Notes under the pieces: generated by a model
What the model was told of the DNA's origin: nothing
Database searches by the model: none
The model's input: the letters and a program-made list of their open reading frames with translations, nothing else
Position numbers and translations under genes: made by a program
Assembly (NCBI GenBank): GCA_964357615.1
Contig: CAYHMC010000002.1
Span: forward strand, 7,481 to 71,480
Reading direction: 5' to 3'
Length of the DNA: 64,000 bases
Origin: an uncultured Candidatus Saccharibacteria bacterium
GTDB taxonomy: Bacteria > Patescibacteriota > Minisyncoccia > UBA6257 > JACOXY01
Part shown: positions 37,678-47,821 of the stretch, piece by piece
Layout: every line of letters starts with the position of its first letter
Position numbering within the stretch: position 1 is the first letter of the stretch

Positions 37678-39036
37678 ATGTCTTTAGTCAAGAAAACACT
37701 CATCCTTTTTGGTGATTTTATCTTATTTTATGCGTCCTTAACGCTAACGCTTTTTTTACGCTATAATACCCCCCTTACAGCAATTTTACCTGGCGGAGAA
37801 GGAGATTTTATTCAATCATTATATGTTCACTTAATACCTTTTTTACCTCTGCTCTTTGTTTGGGTAATTATTTTCTATTTATTCGACCTATATAGCCCAA
37901 AAACTTTTCGCAATCGTCAGGTGCAGTTCAAGGCTCTTGTAGTTGCTTCTAGTATTAGTTTTTTAACTTCCATAATCGTATTTTACTTATTTCAATCTTT
38001 TTTCCTACTTACACCAAAAACAAATCTAGTTTTATTTGCGTTTATATTTTCAGTTTCTGATTATTTGTTTAGATTGGGAATTGGGAAAATATTAAAAACA
38101 AAAGAATGGCAAACCAAAACTTTTTTTATTGGAAATTCAGAAAGAATTTTCAAAATTTATAATTACCTTAAAGAAAATCCACAGATGGGGTTTAGCTTGT
38201 CAGATTCAAAAAAAGATATTCCAAATCAAAACGACGAAGAACTCCTCAAAGAGCTAAAAAACAAGGGAATCGATTTAGTTGTAATAGATGAAGAAATTTT
38301 AGAAAGTAAAAAAGATGTATTTTTAGGTATACTTTATGAACTCTCCGATCAATCTATCTCCATAACCAATTCATCAGATTTTTATGAAATTATTTTTCAA
38401 AAAGTACCACTACGAGAACTAAAAGATGATTGGTTCGTCGAACACATTGGGGATAGCAGAAAATTCTATGAGGCCGGCAAAGAAGTAATGGATTTTATAT
38501 TAGGCACCATACTTAGTTTTTTGCTTTTACCACTTAGCTTTATTATTGCACTACTTATTAAAGGAACATCACGGGGCCCAATTATATACGAACAAAAACG
38601 AATGGGTAAAAACAACAGACCATTCACTTTATACAAATTTCGCTCAATGAAAAATAATATGGAAGGCAATCTTTGGACAGATAAAAATGATGGACGACTT
38701 ACAAAACTAGGGAAAATTTTAAGATTTACACATCTAGACGAAATACCCCAATTAATTAACATTCTAAAGGGCAATATTTCTTTCTTGGGTCCACGACCTG
38801 AGCGCGTTGAACTCGCCCTTAAATATAGTTCATTGCCTTACTATAAAATGCGCCACATTGTTAAACCAGGATTAACGGGATGGGCGCAAATAAATTTCAA
38901 ACCTTCAGCTTCGCTTGAAGAGGCATATGAAAAATTATGCTATGATATTTACTATATTAAAAACCGGTCCTATTGGTTAGATTTCCTAATTGTTCTAAAA
39001 ACATTAAAATATTTCTTTACCAGTCAAAGTAAATAA
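37678..39036 (+). CDS. Polyprenyl-phosphate glycosyl-1-phosphate transferase (WbaP/WcaJ-like initiating sugar transferase)
   Basis: 452 aa. It has N-terminal TM helices and a C-terminal bacterial sugar-transferase domain (RGPIIYEQKRMGKNNRPFTLYKFRSM...DEIPQLINILKGNISFLGPRP). Confidence 0.85.
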   Translation: MSLVKKTLILFGDFILFYASLTLTLFLRYNTPLTAILPGGEGDFIQSLYVHLIPFLPLLFVWVIIFYLFDLYSPKTFRNRQVQFKALVVASSISFLTSIIVFYLFQSFFLLTPKTNLVLFAFIFSVSDYLFRLGIGKILKTKEWQTKTFFIGNSERIFKIYNYLKENPQMGFSLSDSKKDIPNQNDEELLKELKNKGIDLVVIDEEILESKKDVFLGILYELSDQSISITNSSDFYEIIFQKVPLRELKDDWFVEHIGDSRKFYEAGKEVMDFILGTILSFLLLPLSFIIALLIKGTSRGPIIYEQKRMGKNNRPFTLYKFRSMKNNMEGNLWTDKNDGRLTKLGKILRFTHLDEIPQLINILKGNISFLGPRPERVELALKYSSLPYYKMRHIVKPGLTGWAQINFKPSASLEEAYEKLCYDIYYIKNRSYWLDFLIVLKTLKYFFTSQSK

Positions 39037-39040
39037 GCTT

Positions 39041-40510
39041 ATGATTGCTCGTTTAAAAGAACTTCTTTTTCAAAACCGCTCCATCAAGCAAACGATTGCA
39101 AAAAATATTTTCTGGCTATCTATTGGTGAGGTTGCAAGTCGCTTTATACGCGGAATTATTGTAATTTATGCTGCCAGAATTCTTGGAGCAGCAGAATTTG
39201 GTATATTTTCTTATGCTTTAGGTTTAGCTGGGCTTTTTACAATTTTTTCTGATATGGGAATAATCATGGTACTCACCCGAGAACTAACGCAAAGGCCAAA
39301 TGACAGCAAACGATATTTAGCAACAGCATTTGTAATTAAAATATCTTTATTAATATCAACCTCTTTAGCGATAGCGTTTTTGGCACCTCTATTTTCTTTA
39401 AAAACTGCGATTAAGCTTCTTCCAATAATGGCGGCATTAACATTTTTTGATGGCATAAGAGATTTCTCTCTTGGAATTTTTCGCGCTATAGAAAAAATGG
39501 AACTTCAGGCGTTTGTTACTTTTTTCACAAATGTTGCTATTGTAGGGTCTGCATTAATTGCACTTTGGTACTATGGAACGTCAACATCTCTCGCCATAAC
39601 ATATGTCGTTGGCACTGGAGCTGGAGCGCTTGTAGCAATGTTTATTTTAAGAAAAGAATATCTTGCTATATGGCAAAATTTTGATAAAACACTTATCAAG
39701 AAAATTTTAGGTTATTCTTGGCCATTATTTTTTATGGGGATGTTTAGCACTTTTATGTTAAACACAGACAATGTTTTGCTCGGATATTTTAAAGGAGAAG
39801 AATATGTTGGTTTGTATGCGGCAGCACAAAAAATCATTCAAATACTTTATATATTGCCAGCAATTATAGCCATAGCAATATTTCCACCAATTTCAAGACT
39901 AGTAGCTCAAAACGAAAAAGAAAAAATAAGAAGCCTAATAGAAAAAGGCCTCACTATGGTTTTTATGATTGCTATTCCAATTACTTTGGGTGGAATAATT
40001 CTTGCAAAACCGATAACTTTTCTCCTTTATAAAGCGGAATATTTAAGCTCGGTTTCGACTCTTCAGATATTACTTCTTACTGTGCTAATTATATTTCCAG
40101 GAACAATTATAGGTAATTTAGGACTAGCCTATAATAGACAAAAGGATTTTGCTAAATTTATTGGAATTGCCGCACTGGCAAATGCTATAGGTGATGCAAT
40201 TTTAATTCCAATTTTTGGAATGGCTGGTTCTGCAGTAGTTACAGTAACAGCTCAATTTATCTCTAATGGATTCCAGTGGAGATTGCTAAAGAAAATTAAT
40301 AATTTCTATATACTGAGGCACCTTAAAAAAATAGTAGTAAGCTCACTAGCGATGGGAATTATTTGTGTTACTTTAAATTTTCTTGAAATCAATGTAATTG
40401 CGAACATTGGAATTTCGGCTCTAATTTATTTTGCTATACTCTACATAATAAAAGAATCAACTCTTAAAGAGTTGATTGGGATGATGAAGTTTGTACGAGC
40501 CTCGCAATAA
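39041..40510 (+). CDS. wzx: Polysaccharide flippase (Wzx / MOP superfamily)
   Basis: 489 aa and polytopic, with about 12-14 TM helices. It directly follows the priming transferase. Confidence 0.7.
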   Translation: MIARLKELLFQNRSIKQTIAKNIFWLSIGEVASRFIRGIIVIYAARILGAAEFGIFSYALGLAGLFTIFSDMGIIMVLTRELTQRPNDSKRYLATAFVIKISLLISTSLAIAFLAPLFSLKTAIKLLPIMAALTFFDGIRDFSLGIFRAIEKMELQAFVTFFTNVAIVGSALIALWYYGTSTSLAITYVVGTGAGALVAMFILRKEYLAIWQNFDKTLIKKILGYSWPLFFMGMFSTFMLNTDNVLLGYFKGEEYVGLYAAAQKIIQILYILPAIIAIAIFPPISRLVAQNEKEKIRSLIEKGLTMVFMIAIPITLGGIILAKPITFLLYKAEYLSSVSTLQILLLTVLIIFPGTIIGNLGLAYNRQKDFAKFIGIAALANAIGDAILIPIFGMAGSAVVTVTAQFISNGFQWRLLKKINNFYILRHLKKIVVSSLAMGIICVTLNFLEINVIANIGISALIYFAILYIIKESTLKELIGMMKFVRASQ

Positions 40511-40513
40511 GAC

Positions 40514-41212
40514 CTACCAATGCTCAATTGCTGCTTCCCATCTTTCGATATTGTCGCATGGAAACCAACGATAGTTTTTGGCTTTAAATCCTAAAAGCTT
40601 TCTGGCTTCTGCGAGCTTTGGGAAAATATCTTTCTCAATCATCATAGATTCTTGATCTACCGGGGCGAAATCAAAAACCTCAGGACTCAAAACATAAATC
40701 CCGGAGGATACAAAATCCGATGGGGGATTCTCTGGCTTCTCTAAAAACTCTTTAATATGTGCACCATCCATAAGTGGCACACCGTAAGTTGAAGGGTTAG
40801 CTACCTGAGTAAGTGCAATTGTAGCAACGGGTTGTGATTTGTGAGACTTATGATATTTAATCATTTCTCTAAGGTCAAAATCTTTAAGCTCATCACCATT
40901 TGATAAAATAAAATCTTCTTTGAAGCGTTTTTTTAACAATTTAACACCACCAAAAGTTCCCAAGGGTTTTGCCTCAAGATGTATTTTTATTTTAGGGAGA
41001 ATACCTCTGTATCTCTTCTTCCACCACGAATAATCTTCTTCGTGATCTTTATTTATTATAATTTCTATATCATCAACGCCATTTGCAACAAAAAGCTCAA
41101 TCAAATAATTTAAGATAGGTTTCTTTTTTACGGTGATTAGCGGTTTTGGAATTTCGTGGGTTACTGGTCTAAGCCGAGTTCCAAGACCACCCGCTTGTAT
41201 GATAGCTTTCAT
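40514..41212 (-). CDS. Sugar-1-phosphate nucleotidyltransferase
   Basis: 232 aa. MKAIIQAGGLGTRLRPVTHEIPKPL is the NTP-transferase signature (GGxGTRL). Confidence 0.8.
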   Translation of the reverse strand: MKAIIQAGGLGTRLRPVTHEIPKPLITVKKKPILNYLIELFVANGVDDIEIIINKDHEEDYSWWKKRYRGILPKIKIHLEAKPLGTFGGVKLLKKRFKEDFILSNGDELKDFDLREMIKYHKSHKSQPVATIALTQVANPSTYGVPLMDGAHIKEFLEKPENPPSDFVSSGIYVLSPEVFDFAPVDQESMMIEKDIFPKLAEARKLLGFKAKNYRWFPCDNIERWEAAIEHW

Positions 41213-41270
41213 AATTAAAATCAGCTTAACATAAACCTAAGCCGACATCAAGAATGAACACTATAATCGG

Positions 41271-42881
41271 TTGATTAATTCACAAAATAATAAGACAATA
41301 ACTATTATGAAGATTTTAAGCCAAAACAACTGGAAGGATGGATATTTAGACTACCATAGAGGGCCTAATGACTTTAGAATAAAAGTGCTAGCAATTAAAA
41401 ATCTTGAAAAAATTGAGGAGTCTTATGTTGTTCGGCCTAGAAGCGCAAAAATGGTATGGAATTATCTTTTAAAATTTGGACCTACTGCGGTTTTCAGAAA
41501 AATTAAATCACGCATAAGCGAGGAAGCAAGAAATGAGAAATATATTTCTTGCGGTATCGGAGAAGTTATTGAGACGCCCGAAACGGACATGCTACTAACT
41601 GGGGAAAAGGTAGTATTTATATTGCCATCTCACCCAGCCATAGTCGAAAGAATTGTTTTGCCTAAATTTTTATTCACCAACGCTCAAAAGGAATTAATGA
41701 AAATTACTCCCCGAAAAATCAAGCACCTTTTTTTAAATAAAAATAATTCTAATGCGTGGTGGAGTGTTTTAAGAGAATGGAGCCTACATTCAACTAGTAG
41801 CCTTGAAAACGAAGTTTCATCAAAATTACTAGAAAATGCCAAACTAGAAATAGAAGGTGGTAACTGGAGTGAAGCAAAGGAATATTTAACATCAGACAAC
41901 AATTTTGTAAGCGAATTCAAACAAGGTACGCAGTCAAAATCTTTAAGAAAAAAAGCTATTCTTTTTGGTCTAGGTAATTACGCAAAAGTTCAGATTATTC
42001 CAAACATTAAAAAATATATTAATCTCATTGGTATTCACGAGATTGACCCAACTCAAATTCCATCTAATTTTAAAGTTTCTCGAATTGATACATCTCCATC
42101 GCCAAGAGAAAATGAAAATTATGATGCGCTTTTTATTGCAGGATACCACCACACGCACACTCCAATAGCAATCGATGCACTTCAAAAAAATAAATATGCT
42201 GTTGCTGAAAAGCCAATCGTTGTTAACAGAGAACAATTAAATAATCTTGTTAAAGCAATGGACAACAAAAAAAGTAAATTTTTTGCAGGCTTTCATAAGC
42301 GCTACTCTCCATTCAACTCACTAGCTTTAGTAGATTTAAATGTAAAAAACGGTGACCCGATAGATTATCATTGCATTGCGTATGAAGTGCCTTATCCAAA
42401 ATATTTTTGGTACAACTGGCCAATCTCGAAGGGTCCAATAACAGCAAATGGATGTCATTGGATTGATCATTTCCTTTATTTAAATAACTGGAGTAAACCA
42501 GCAAAGCTTGAATTATTTTTAGCCAAAAACATGACTACCAATACTACAATTTATTTAGAAAATGGTGCTATTTTTACAATGACTCTAACAGAACAAGGTA
42601 GTAGTTATATAGGAGTACAAGATTATGTAGAACTCCGAATTAAAAATAAAACTGCGAAAATAATTGACGACTCCAAATATATCTCCGAGGGAGGGGAAGG
42701 GGTTATAAGAAAAAAATCAATTAATAAAATGAAAAACTATCGCTTGATGTATGAAAATATCAGCGAAAGAATCGCGAACGACAAAGAAGGCGACTCTCTT
42801 ATATCAGTCAAAACATCAACAGAAGCAATGCTTGATCTGGAAGATATATACGCCAAAAAATTAAATGAACTAGTTAAATAA
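41271..42881 (+). CDS. Gfo/Idh/MocA-family oxidoreductase with ~220-aa N-terminal extension
   Basis: 536 aa. Rossmann-like ILFGLGNYAKVQIIP and an EKP motif (YAVAEKPIVVNREQLNNLV) are typical of Gfo/Idh/MocA sugar dehydrogenases. The N-terminal third is unrecognised. Confidence 0.5.
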   Translation: MINSQNNKTITIMKILSQNNWKDGYLDYHRGPNDFRIKVLAIKNLEKIEESYVVRPRSAKMVWNYLLKFGPTAVFRKIKSRISEEARNEKYISCGIGEVIETPETDMLLTGEKVVFILPSHPAIVERIVLPKFLFTNAQKELMKITPRKIKHLFLNKNNSNAWWSVLREWSLHSTSSLENEVSSKLLENAKLEIEGGNWSEAKEYLTSDNNFVSEFKQGTQSKSLRKKAILFGLGNYAKVQIIPNIKKYINLIGIHEIDPTQIPSNFKVSRIDTSPSPRENENYDALFIAGYHHTHTPIAIDALQKNKYAVAEKPIVVNREQLNNLVKAMDNKKSKFFAGFHKRYSPFNSLALVDLNVKNGDPIDYHCIAYEVPYPKYFWYNWPISKGPITANGCHWIDHFLYLNNWSKPAKLELFLAKNMTTNTTIYLENGAIFTMTLTEQGSSYIGVQDYVELRIKNKTAKIIDDSKYISEGGEGVIRKKSINKMKNYRLMYENISERIANDKEGDSLISVKTSTEAMLDLEDIYAKKLNELVK

Positions 42882-44057
42882 CTTAGAATAGCCGGCCAAT
42901 TGTTTATCAAATGCATAATAGTCCCTTATAAGCTTTTTGCCATTAGAACTGATGAAATTTCTTTTGCTTTTATCACGCAAGATACCAAGAACTCCATCAG
43001 CGAAATCGACAGTATTATCAGCCACTAATAAGTGTTCGTTACTTTTAGTTCCCTCTATGCCTTCCATGCCAATAGATGTTGTAACAACAGGAATTCCCAT
43101 GACCATTGATTCCAAGATTTTATTCTGTATACCAGCACCAATTAAAATTGGAGCAACAGATAATGCCGCATCTTTGGCGTAAACTTTTATATCATTAACT
43201 TTCCCAGTAACCTCAATTCCATTCACACCATTAAAAACAGAAATGGAATTTGGTGGCTCAGCTCCAATAACAATTAATTTTACATCGGGGATTTCTTTTT
43301 TTATTAATGGATAAATATCTTTAATAAAATAAAGTATGGCATTTTGATTCTGAAATGACCGTAGATTACCAATAAATATAATTTTATTTGCATCATAATC
43401 TTCTTGATTAAAACTAAGAAGTTCATCCGTTACTCCATTACAGAACACGCTTAACTTATTTTGATCTTCAGAGCCAATCTTTTCCTTTAAAAAATCTCTA
43501 TCGACATTTGAAACCAAAACAATAGCATTAAATTTTTTTATACATTCGATTTCATAATTCAAAACTCTTTTTTCTTCTATTCTATAAATCAAACTCATAA
43601 AACTGAATGCTCCTCTTTTTCTGCTTCTACTATAATTTAAGGAAATGGCATCAGTCATTTCAAGAACTTTATTAATTTTACTTGCATTTTTTACATATGG
43701 AGCCATACGAACAAGATGAACCAATACTCCATCATATTTATTTTTTAAAAGTGCATTCTGAACCAATTTTTTCATTTTTTTTGACCTATAATAACTAACT
43801 TGAAGTGGTCCGCCAAGAAAAAATCCGAAGGCTGTACTTAAGATAGATTTCCATTTAGGCAACAGCACAGTAACAATTTCTGAAAATAAATCCTCAGAAA
43901 CTATATTCTTTTTTTCATAATCACTTTCAATAAAAGAAAAAAGTTCAAGTTCATATCCTTCTTTCTTTAGTTTTTTGCAAATATTATATATACGCAACTT
44001 ATCTCCCCCAATAACTGGATATGGCAGTCGAGATGTCAGAACAAGTATCTTTTTCAT
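42870..44057 (-). CDS. Glycosyltransferase family 4 (GT-B)
   Basis: 395 aa. The C-terminal retaining GT-B motif region is ESMVMGIPVVTTSIGMEGIEG. Confidence 0.75.
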   Translation of the reverse strand: MKKILVLTSRLPYPVIGGDKLRIYNICKKLKKEGYELELFSFIESDYEKKNIVSEDLFSEIVTVLLPKWKSILSTAFGFFLGGPLQVSYYRSKKMKKLVQNALLKNKYDGVLVHLVRMAPYVKNASKINKVLEMTDAISLNYSRSRKRGAFSFMSLIYRIEEKRVLNYEIECIKKFNAIVLVSNVDRDFLKEKIGSEDQNKLSVFCNGVTDELLSFNQEDYDANKIIFIGNLRSFQNQNAILYFIKDIYPLIKKEIPDVKLIVIGAEPPNSISVFNGVNGIEVTGKVNDIKVYAKDAALSVAPILIGAGIQNKILESMVMGIPVVTTSIGMEGIEGTKSNEHLLVADNTVDFADGVLGILRDKSKRNFISSNGKKLIRDYYAFDKQLAGYSKLFN

Positions 44058-44068
44058 ATAATTCTAAC

Positions 44069-45064
44069 TTATCTTACTATTCCGATTTTTCGCAGTACAT
44101 TTACAATAAATTTAGTTGGATAAAATATCCAATTTACACTTAAAATATAATCTCTAAACCAGCGATATCTTGTCATATAATTCATTGCTCTAATTGCCCA
44201 ATCAAGTTCGGCTGGTATAAAATTTTCCCAATTTTTTTCAAAATTCATATCTAGTTCTATGTCTTCCTTGTTAAAATTTCCCTGTTTTGCTTCGTTGGCT
44301 AACACTACATGCTCTGCTAATTTTGGATCTAAACCAACAATGCGCATTGCTGTTGCATCGAGTGCCACAGGATCACAACTTCCTAAGATTATATTAAGTG
44401 GTCGTGGTCTGCCATTTGTTGGACCCCTACCATCCATTCCAATAATTCCATCCATTATAATAAGTTTCGGTTTTAATAAACCATTTAATTGCACGATTCC
44501 CCTGTCTAGTGAATGATGGATAGCGATTCTATCATGACGAGGAATACATCCCCATTGATTTTTAAGAGACCCAGTAAAATAAGTCAGTGCATGTGTTTTT
44601 AATTTTGGCATAGTTATAAAAACATCAGCATCTAATAAAATCTCAGGCATTGGACCCAGTAAACTATTTCCAATATCACGAAGTGGTGAATTTGAAAGAT
44701 TTACAATTTTCACATTAAGCTTATCTGCTAATTCGTAAATTTTAGTATTTTTAAAAGCAGATTCGGCTGGAGCGCGATATGAATGCGCCTCTACAAGAGT
44801 TATATCATTTGTTTGCCTTTTTAATGCAACACAAAGCGCCTCTATAACTTCTGGCGAGGTATTAGCATTAGCCACCTTTTTTATATCAAATTCACAAAGA
44901 TTAAGTTTAATAACCACCTTTGAGTTTGGCTTTACAAAGATTTGGAAATTGAGACTATTTAGAATATCATCAACTGCTTTTTGAACGCTCTGATTTTTAA
45001 TTGAACGAACTACAACTTTGCTTGACATGATAATTACTATATGATAAAAACTTGTCAGAATCAA
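44069..45064 (-). CDS. DUF362-like protein
   Basis: 331 aa. The motif region GIIGMDGRGPTNGRPRPLNIILGSCDPVALDATAMRIVGLDP resembles DUF362. No Cys cluster is seen. Confidence 0.45.
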   Translation of the reverse strand: MILTSFYHIVIIMSSKVVVRSIKNQSVQKAVDDILNSLNFQIFVKPNSKVVIKLNLCEFDIKKVANANTSPEVIEALCVALKRQTNDITLVEAHSYRAPAESAFKNTKIYELADKLNVKIVNLSNSPLRDIGNSLLGPMPEILLDADVFITMPKLKTHALTYFTGSLKNQWGCIPRHDRIAIHHSLDRGIVQLNGLLKPKLIIMDGIIGMDGRGPTNGRPRPLNIILGSCDPVALDATAMRIVGLDPKLAEHVVLANEAKQGNFNKEDIELDMNFEKNWENFIPAELDWAIRAMNYMTRYRWFRDYILSVNWIFYPTKFIVNVLRKIGIVR

Positions 45065-45076
45065 GAAATCAAGGCA

Positions 45077-45454
45077 ATGAAAATGAAAAGTACAACTCTG
45101 CTTGGTTTGATGTTTTCGGTTATGATTTTGTCCTTTGGGTGCGCAAAATCAACAACCACTAACTACTTGTGCCCCATTGCACAAAATAGAGATAGTACTT
45201 CTCATGAAACTGAAATCAATCCTGATTTAATGTATGTAAAAGTATGGAGGTGTCAAAACGGAAACTATGTACTTGATGACGAGCAATGCAATATTGGCGT
45301 AAAGTGGGAAGGCAACACTCAAACAATCACTAGACCAACAATTAGATCCGCTTTAAACACTAGGTATGCCGGCAAGGAAATAGTTAAAATAATTAAAAAC
45401 AACTCATGCAGTACATGCAGTAACACATTTGATGTTTATCTAAAATGCAGCTAA
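45077..45454 (+). CDS. Small secreted/lipoprotein-like Cys-containing protein
   Basis: About 125 aa from MKMKSTTLLGLMFSVMILSFGC, a signal peptide with a lipobox-like LSFGC. It has 7 Cys. It is a plus-strand insert in a minus-strand block, with its own terminator. Confidence 0.35.
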   Translation: MKMKSTTLLGLMFSVMILSFGCAKSTTTNYLCPIAQNRDSTSHETEINPDLMYVKVWRCQNGNYVLDDEQCNIGVKWEGNTQTITRPTIRSALNTRYAGKEIVKIIKNNSCSTCSNTFDVYLKCS

Positions 45455-45468
45455 GTCTTTAAAATATC

Positions 45469-45500
45469 ACCACCATAATACGGTGGTTATTTTTATACTT
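45469..45500 (+). terminator. Rho-independent terminator
   Basis: accacc-ATAATAC-ggtggt followed by TATTTTTATACTT. Confidence 0.4.
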
Positions 45501-45561
45501 GACATAGTTTTTTAATCATTGTACTTTTACAAAAGTAAATGAATCACTTGGGAACCATACA

Positions 45562-45825
45562 ATGGCATCGCCAACAACTGCATTCTTTTTATACTTATTT
45601 GGAGTATTTTTGATGGGATATACCTTAAGCTACTTAAGAAATCTAGGAATGGTGAAGTGGTTAGGAAGCAATGACTGTGAGTGTGGGGTATTTCATCCCG
45701 GCAACCCGGAGGACAATATATTTACCGGTGCAGTTTTTTGGCCAATGACTTTACCTTGTTATTTAATTATAGGCCTAGTACATTGTACATTCATCAAGAT
45801 AGCGAGAGCGTACTCGCCAATCTGA
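45562..45825 (+). CDS. Small membrane protein (hypothetical)
   Basis: 87 aa with two hydrophobic helices. An internal CECG motif is present. Confidence 0.3.
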   Translation: MASPTTAFFLYLFGVFLMGYTLSYLRNLGMVKWLGSNDCECGVFHPGNPEDNIFTGAVFWPMTLPCYLIIGLVHCTFIKIARAYSPI

Positions 45826-45852
45826 ATGATGAGAAGTTTTAACCAATTTTGC

Positions 45853-45879
45853 ATTCGCTCTTATTAGGGCGAATTTTTA
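45853..45879 (+). terminator. Rho-independent terminator
   Basis: attcgc-TCTTATTAGG-gcgaat followed by TTTTT. Confidence 0.4.
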
Positions 45880-45895
45880 TTATAACTTATAACTA

Positions 45896-47728
45896 TTAAC
45901 GCACTACAACACAATTTCCCAAAACCAATACATCCATTTTTGTTCTAAGAAAACAATCAATGGCTTCTTGTGGTTTATTCACAATCGGTTCATTTTCATT
46001 AAAAGAAGTATTAAGTAGCATAGGCACGCCAGTTATTTCTCTAAAAGCATTAATTAAATTCCAATAAACTGGGTTTTCTTTTTTAGATACCGTTTGCAAA
46101 CGCCCAGTCCCATCGTTGTGAGTAACGGCGGGAATTTTTAATCTCATATCTTCTTTTATCTCGTAAACTTTTTCCATAAATGGCACCGGATAAGTTTGAG
46201 CAAAATATTCTCCAACATATTCTTCTAAAATTGATGGAGCAAATGGCCTAAAAGATTCTCGTTTTTTAATTTTTAAATTTAAAATATCTTTCATATCTGC
46301 GCGAGCAGGATTTGCCAAAATACTTCTATTACCTAATGCTCTGGGCCCCCATTCAGTTCTACCTTGAAACCAACCTACAACATTACCATCTGCCAAATAC
46401 TGGGCAGTTTCTCTATATAATTCATCTTCAGATAAAACCTTATACGCCAAATTGTTTTCTTTCAGCGCAAATTCAATTTCACCTAAATGATACTCCGGAC
46501 CCCAGTATGAATGCGACATAACAAAAGGCTCTCCTGGTTTTCTAATGCTATTTCTATGCTCCACATCTACTCCATCAACATTTATAAAGCGCCTACTATT
46601 ATTTAAAATTTGATACCAAACATAATAAGCTGCACCCAACGCTCCACCTGCATCATATCCTGCTGGCTGGATAAATACTTCCTTGAAAGAGGTATGCGTA
46701 AATATTTTTCCATTAGCCAAACTATTTTGAGCAGTTCCCCCGGCAAAGCAAATATTTTTACTTTCTGTTTCTTTTTGTAGTTTATTTAAAATGCCTAAAA
46801 AAACTTCTTCATATAGCGCCTGCGCGGATGCGGCAATGTTTTTATGTTTTTCCGTAAGTTCTTCATTTTCTTTTCTTGCTGGCCCCAGCAAAACTTCAAG
46901 CTCACTTGAATACAATGGGCTAAGGTCAGGATTTCCGCCCTCCCACGACATCTGAACCTCTCCCTTACTATGCAGAAAATAATCCAAGTTAAGCTTAAAA
47001 AATCCACTAGAATCTATAGTCACAATTTCTTTCATCTCTTTTAAATATTCTGGTTTTCCAAATGCGGCAAGACCCATAATTTTATATTCATCTCCAAATC
47101 TCCAAAAACCCAAATATTGTGTAATGGCTGTATAAAAAAATCCAATTGAATGCGGGTAGTTTAAGCTTCCGGTTACTTCAATTTTATTATCCAATCCCTT
47201 ACCCCACATTGCACTTGTAAAATCTCCCATGCCATCCAAAGACAAAACTGCAGAATCTTTAAAGGGTGAAACAAAAAAAGCACTAGAGAGGTGTGCTCTG
47301 TGGTGCTCTACATTATAAAAGATAGCTTTAATTTCTGATGCACGAACACTTAGCGAATTTGCCAATTCTTCTTTTATTCCGGAAAGCTTTCTTTTATTTA
47401 CAAATCTATTCCAAATATAACTTAGGCTTGGTCTGGTTTTTAATATAAACCAAATTTTTTTCCAGTAATTTGCTTTTGGGTCTCGCGAGACAGCAATATG
47501 GTCAATGTCTTGGATTCTAATTCCGGCATATCCGAGACAAAATTTTATTGACTCACTTGGAAATCCAGCCCAATGTTTTATGCGTCTAATACGCTCTTCT
47601 TCTACGGCCGCAATTAATTTACCGTCTTTTATGAGACAGGCCGCTGAATCTGCATGATATGCATTTATACCAAGAATATACATCCCGTTAGAAATAGTAC
47701 GCAGACGCTTGTTGCGTTCTGTGTACAA
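45896..47728 (-). CDS. Carbamoyltransferase (NodU/CmcH/NovN/TobZ family)
   Basis: 610 aa. The N-terminus MYILGINAYHADSAACLIKDGKLIAAVEEERIRRIKHWAGFP matches the family consensus ILG.N..HD.AA.L..DG....A.EEER..R.KH. A C-terminal YrdC-like carbamoyl-adenylate domain is expected from the length. Confidence 0.85.
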   Translation of the reverse strand: MYTERNKRLRTISNGMYILGINAYHADSAACLIKDGKLIAAVEEERIRRIKHWAGFPSESIKFCLGYAGIRIQDIDHIAVSRDPKANYWKKIWFILKTRPSLSYIWNRFVNKRKLSGIKEELANSLSVRASEIKAIFYNVEHHRAHLSSAFFVSPFKDSAVLSLDGMGDFTSAMWGKGLDNKIEVTGSLNYPHSIGFFYTAITQYLGFWRFGDEYKIMGLAAFGKPEYLKEMKEIVTIDSSGFFKLNLDYFLHSKGEVQMSWEGGNPDLSPLYSSELEVLLGPARKENEELTEKHKNIAASAQALYEEVFLGILNKLQKETESKNICFAGGTAQNSLANGKIFTHTSFKEVFIQPAGYDAGGALGAAYYVWYQILNNSRRFINVDGVDVEHRNSIRKPGEPFVMSHSYWGPEYHLGEIEFALKENNLAYKVLSEDELYRETAQYLADGNVVGWFQGRTEWGPRALGNRSILANPARADMKDILNLKIKKRESFRPFAPSILEEYVGEYFAQTYPVPFMEKVYEIKEDMRLKIPAVTHNDGTGRLQTVSKKENPVYWNLINAFREITGVPMLLNTSFNENEPIVNKPQEAIDCFLRTKMDVLVLGNCVVVR

Positions 47729-47821
47729 TATTATTTTTTAATAAATTGTGGTTTTCAAACATATATTATATTTTATAATGCGTTCGCGATTTCTAACGGG
47801 ATACATGGGTTTATTATATTA

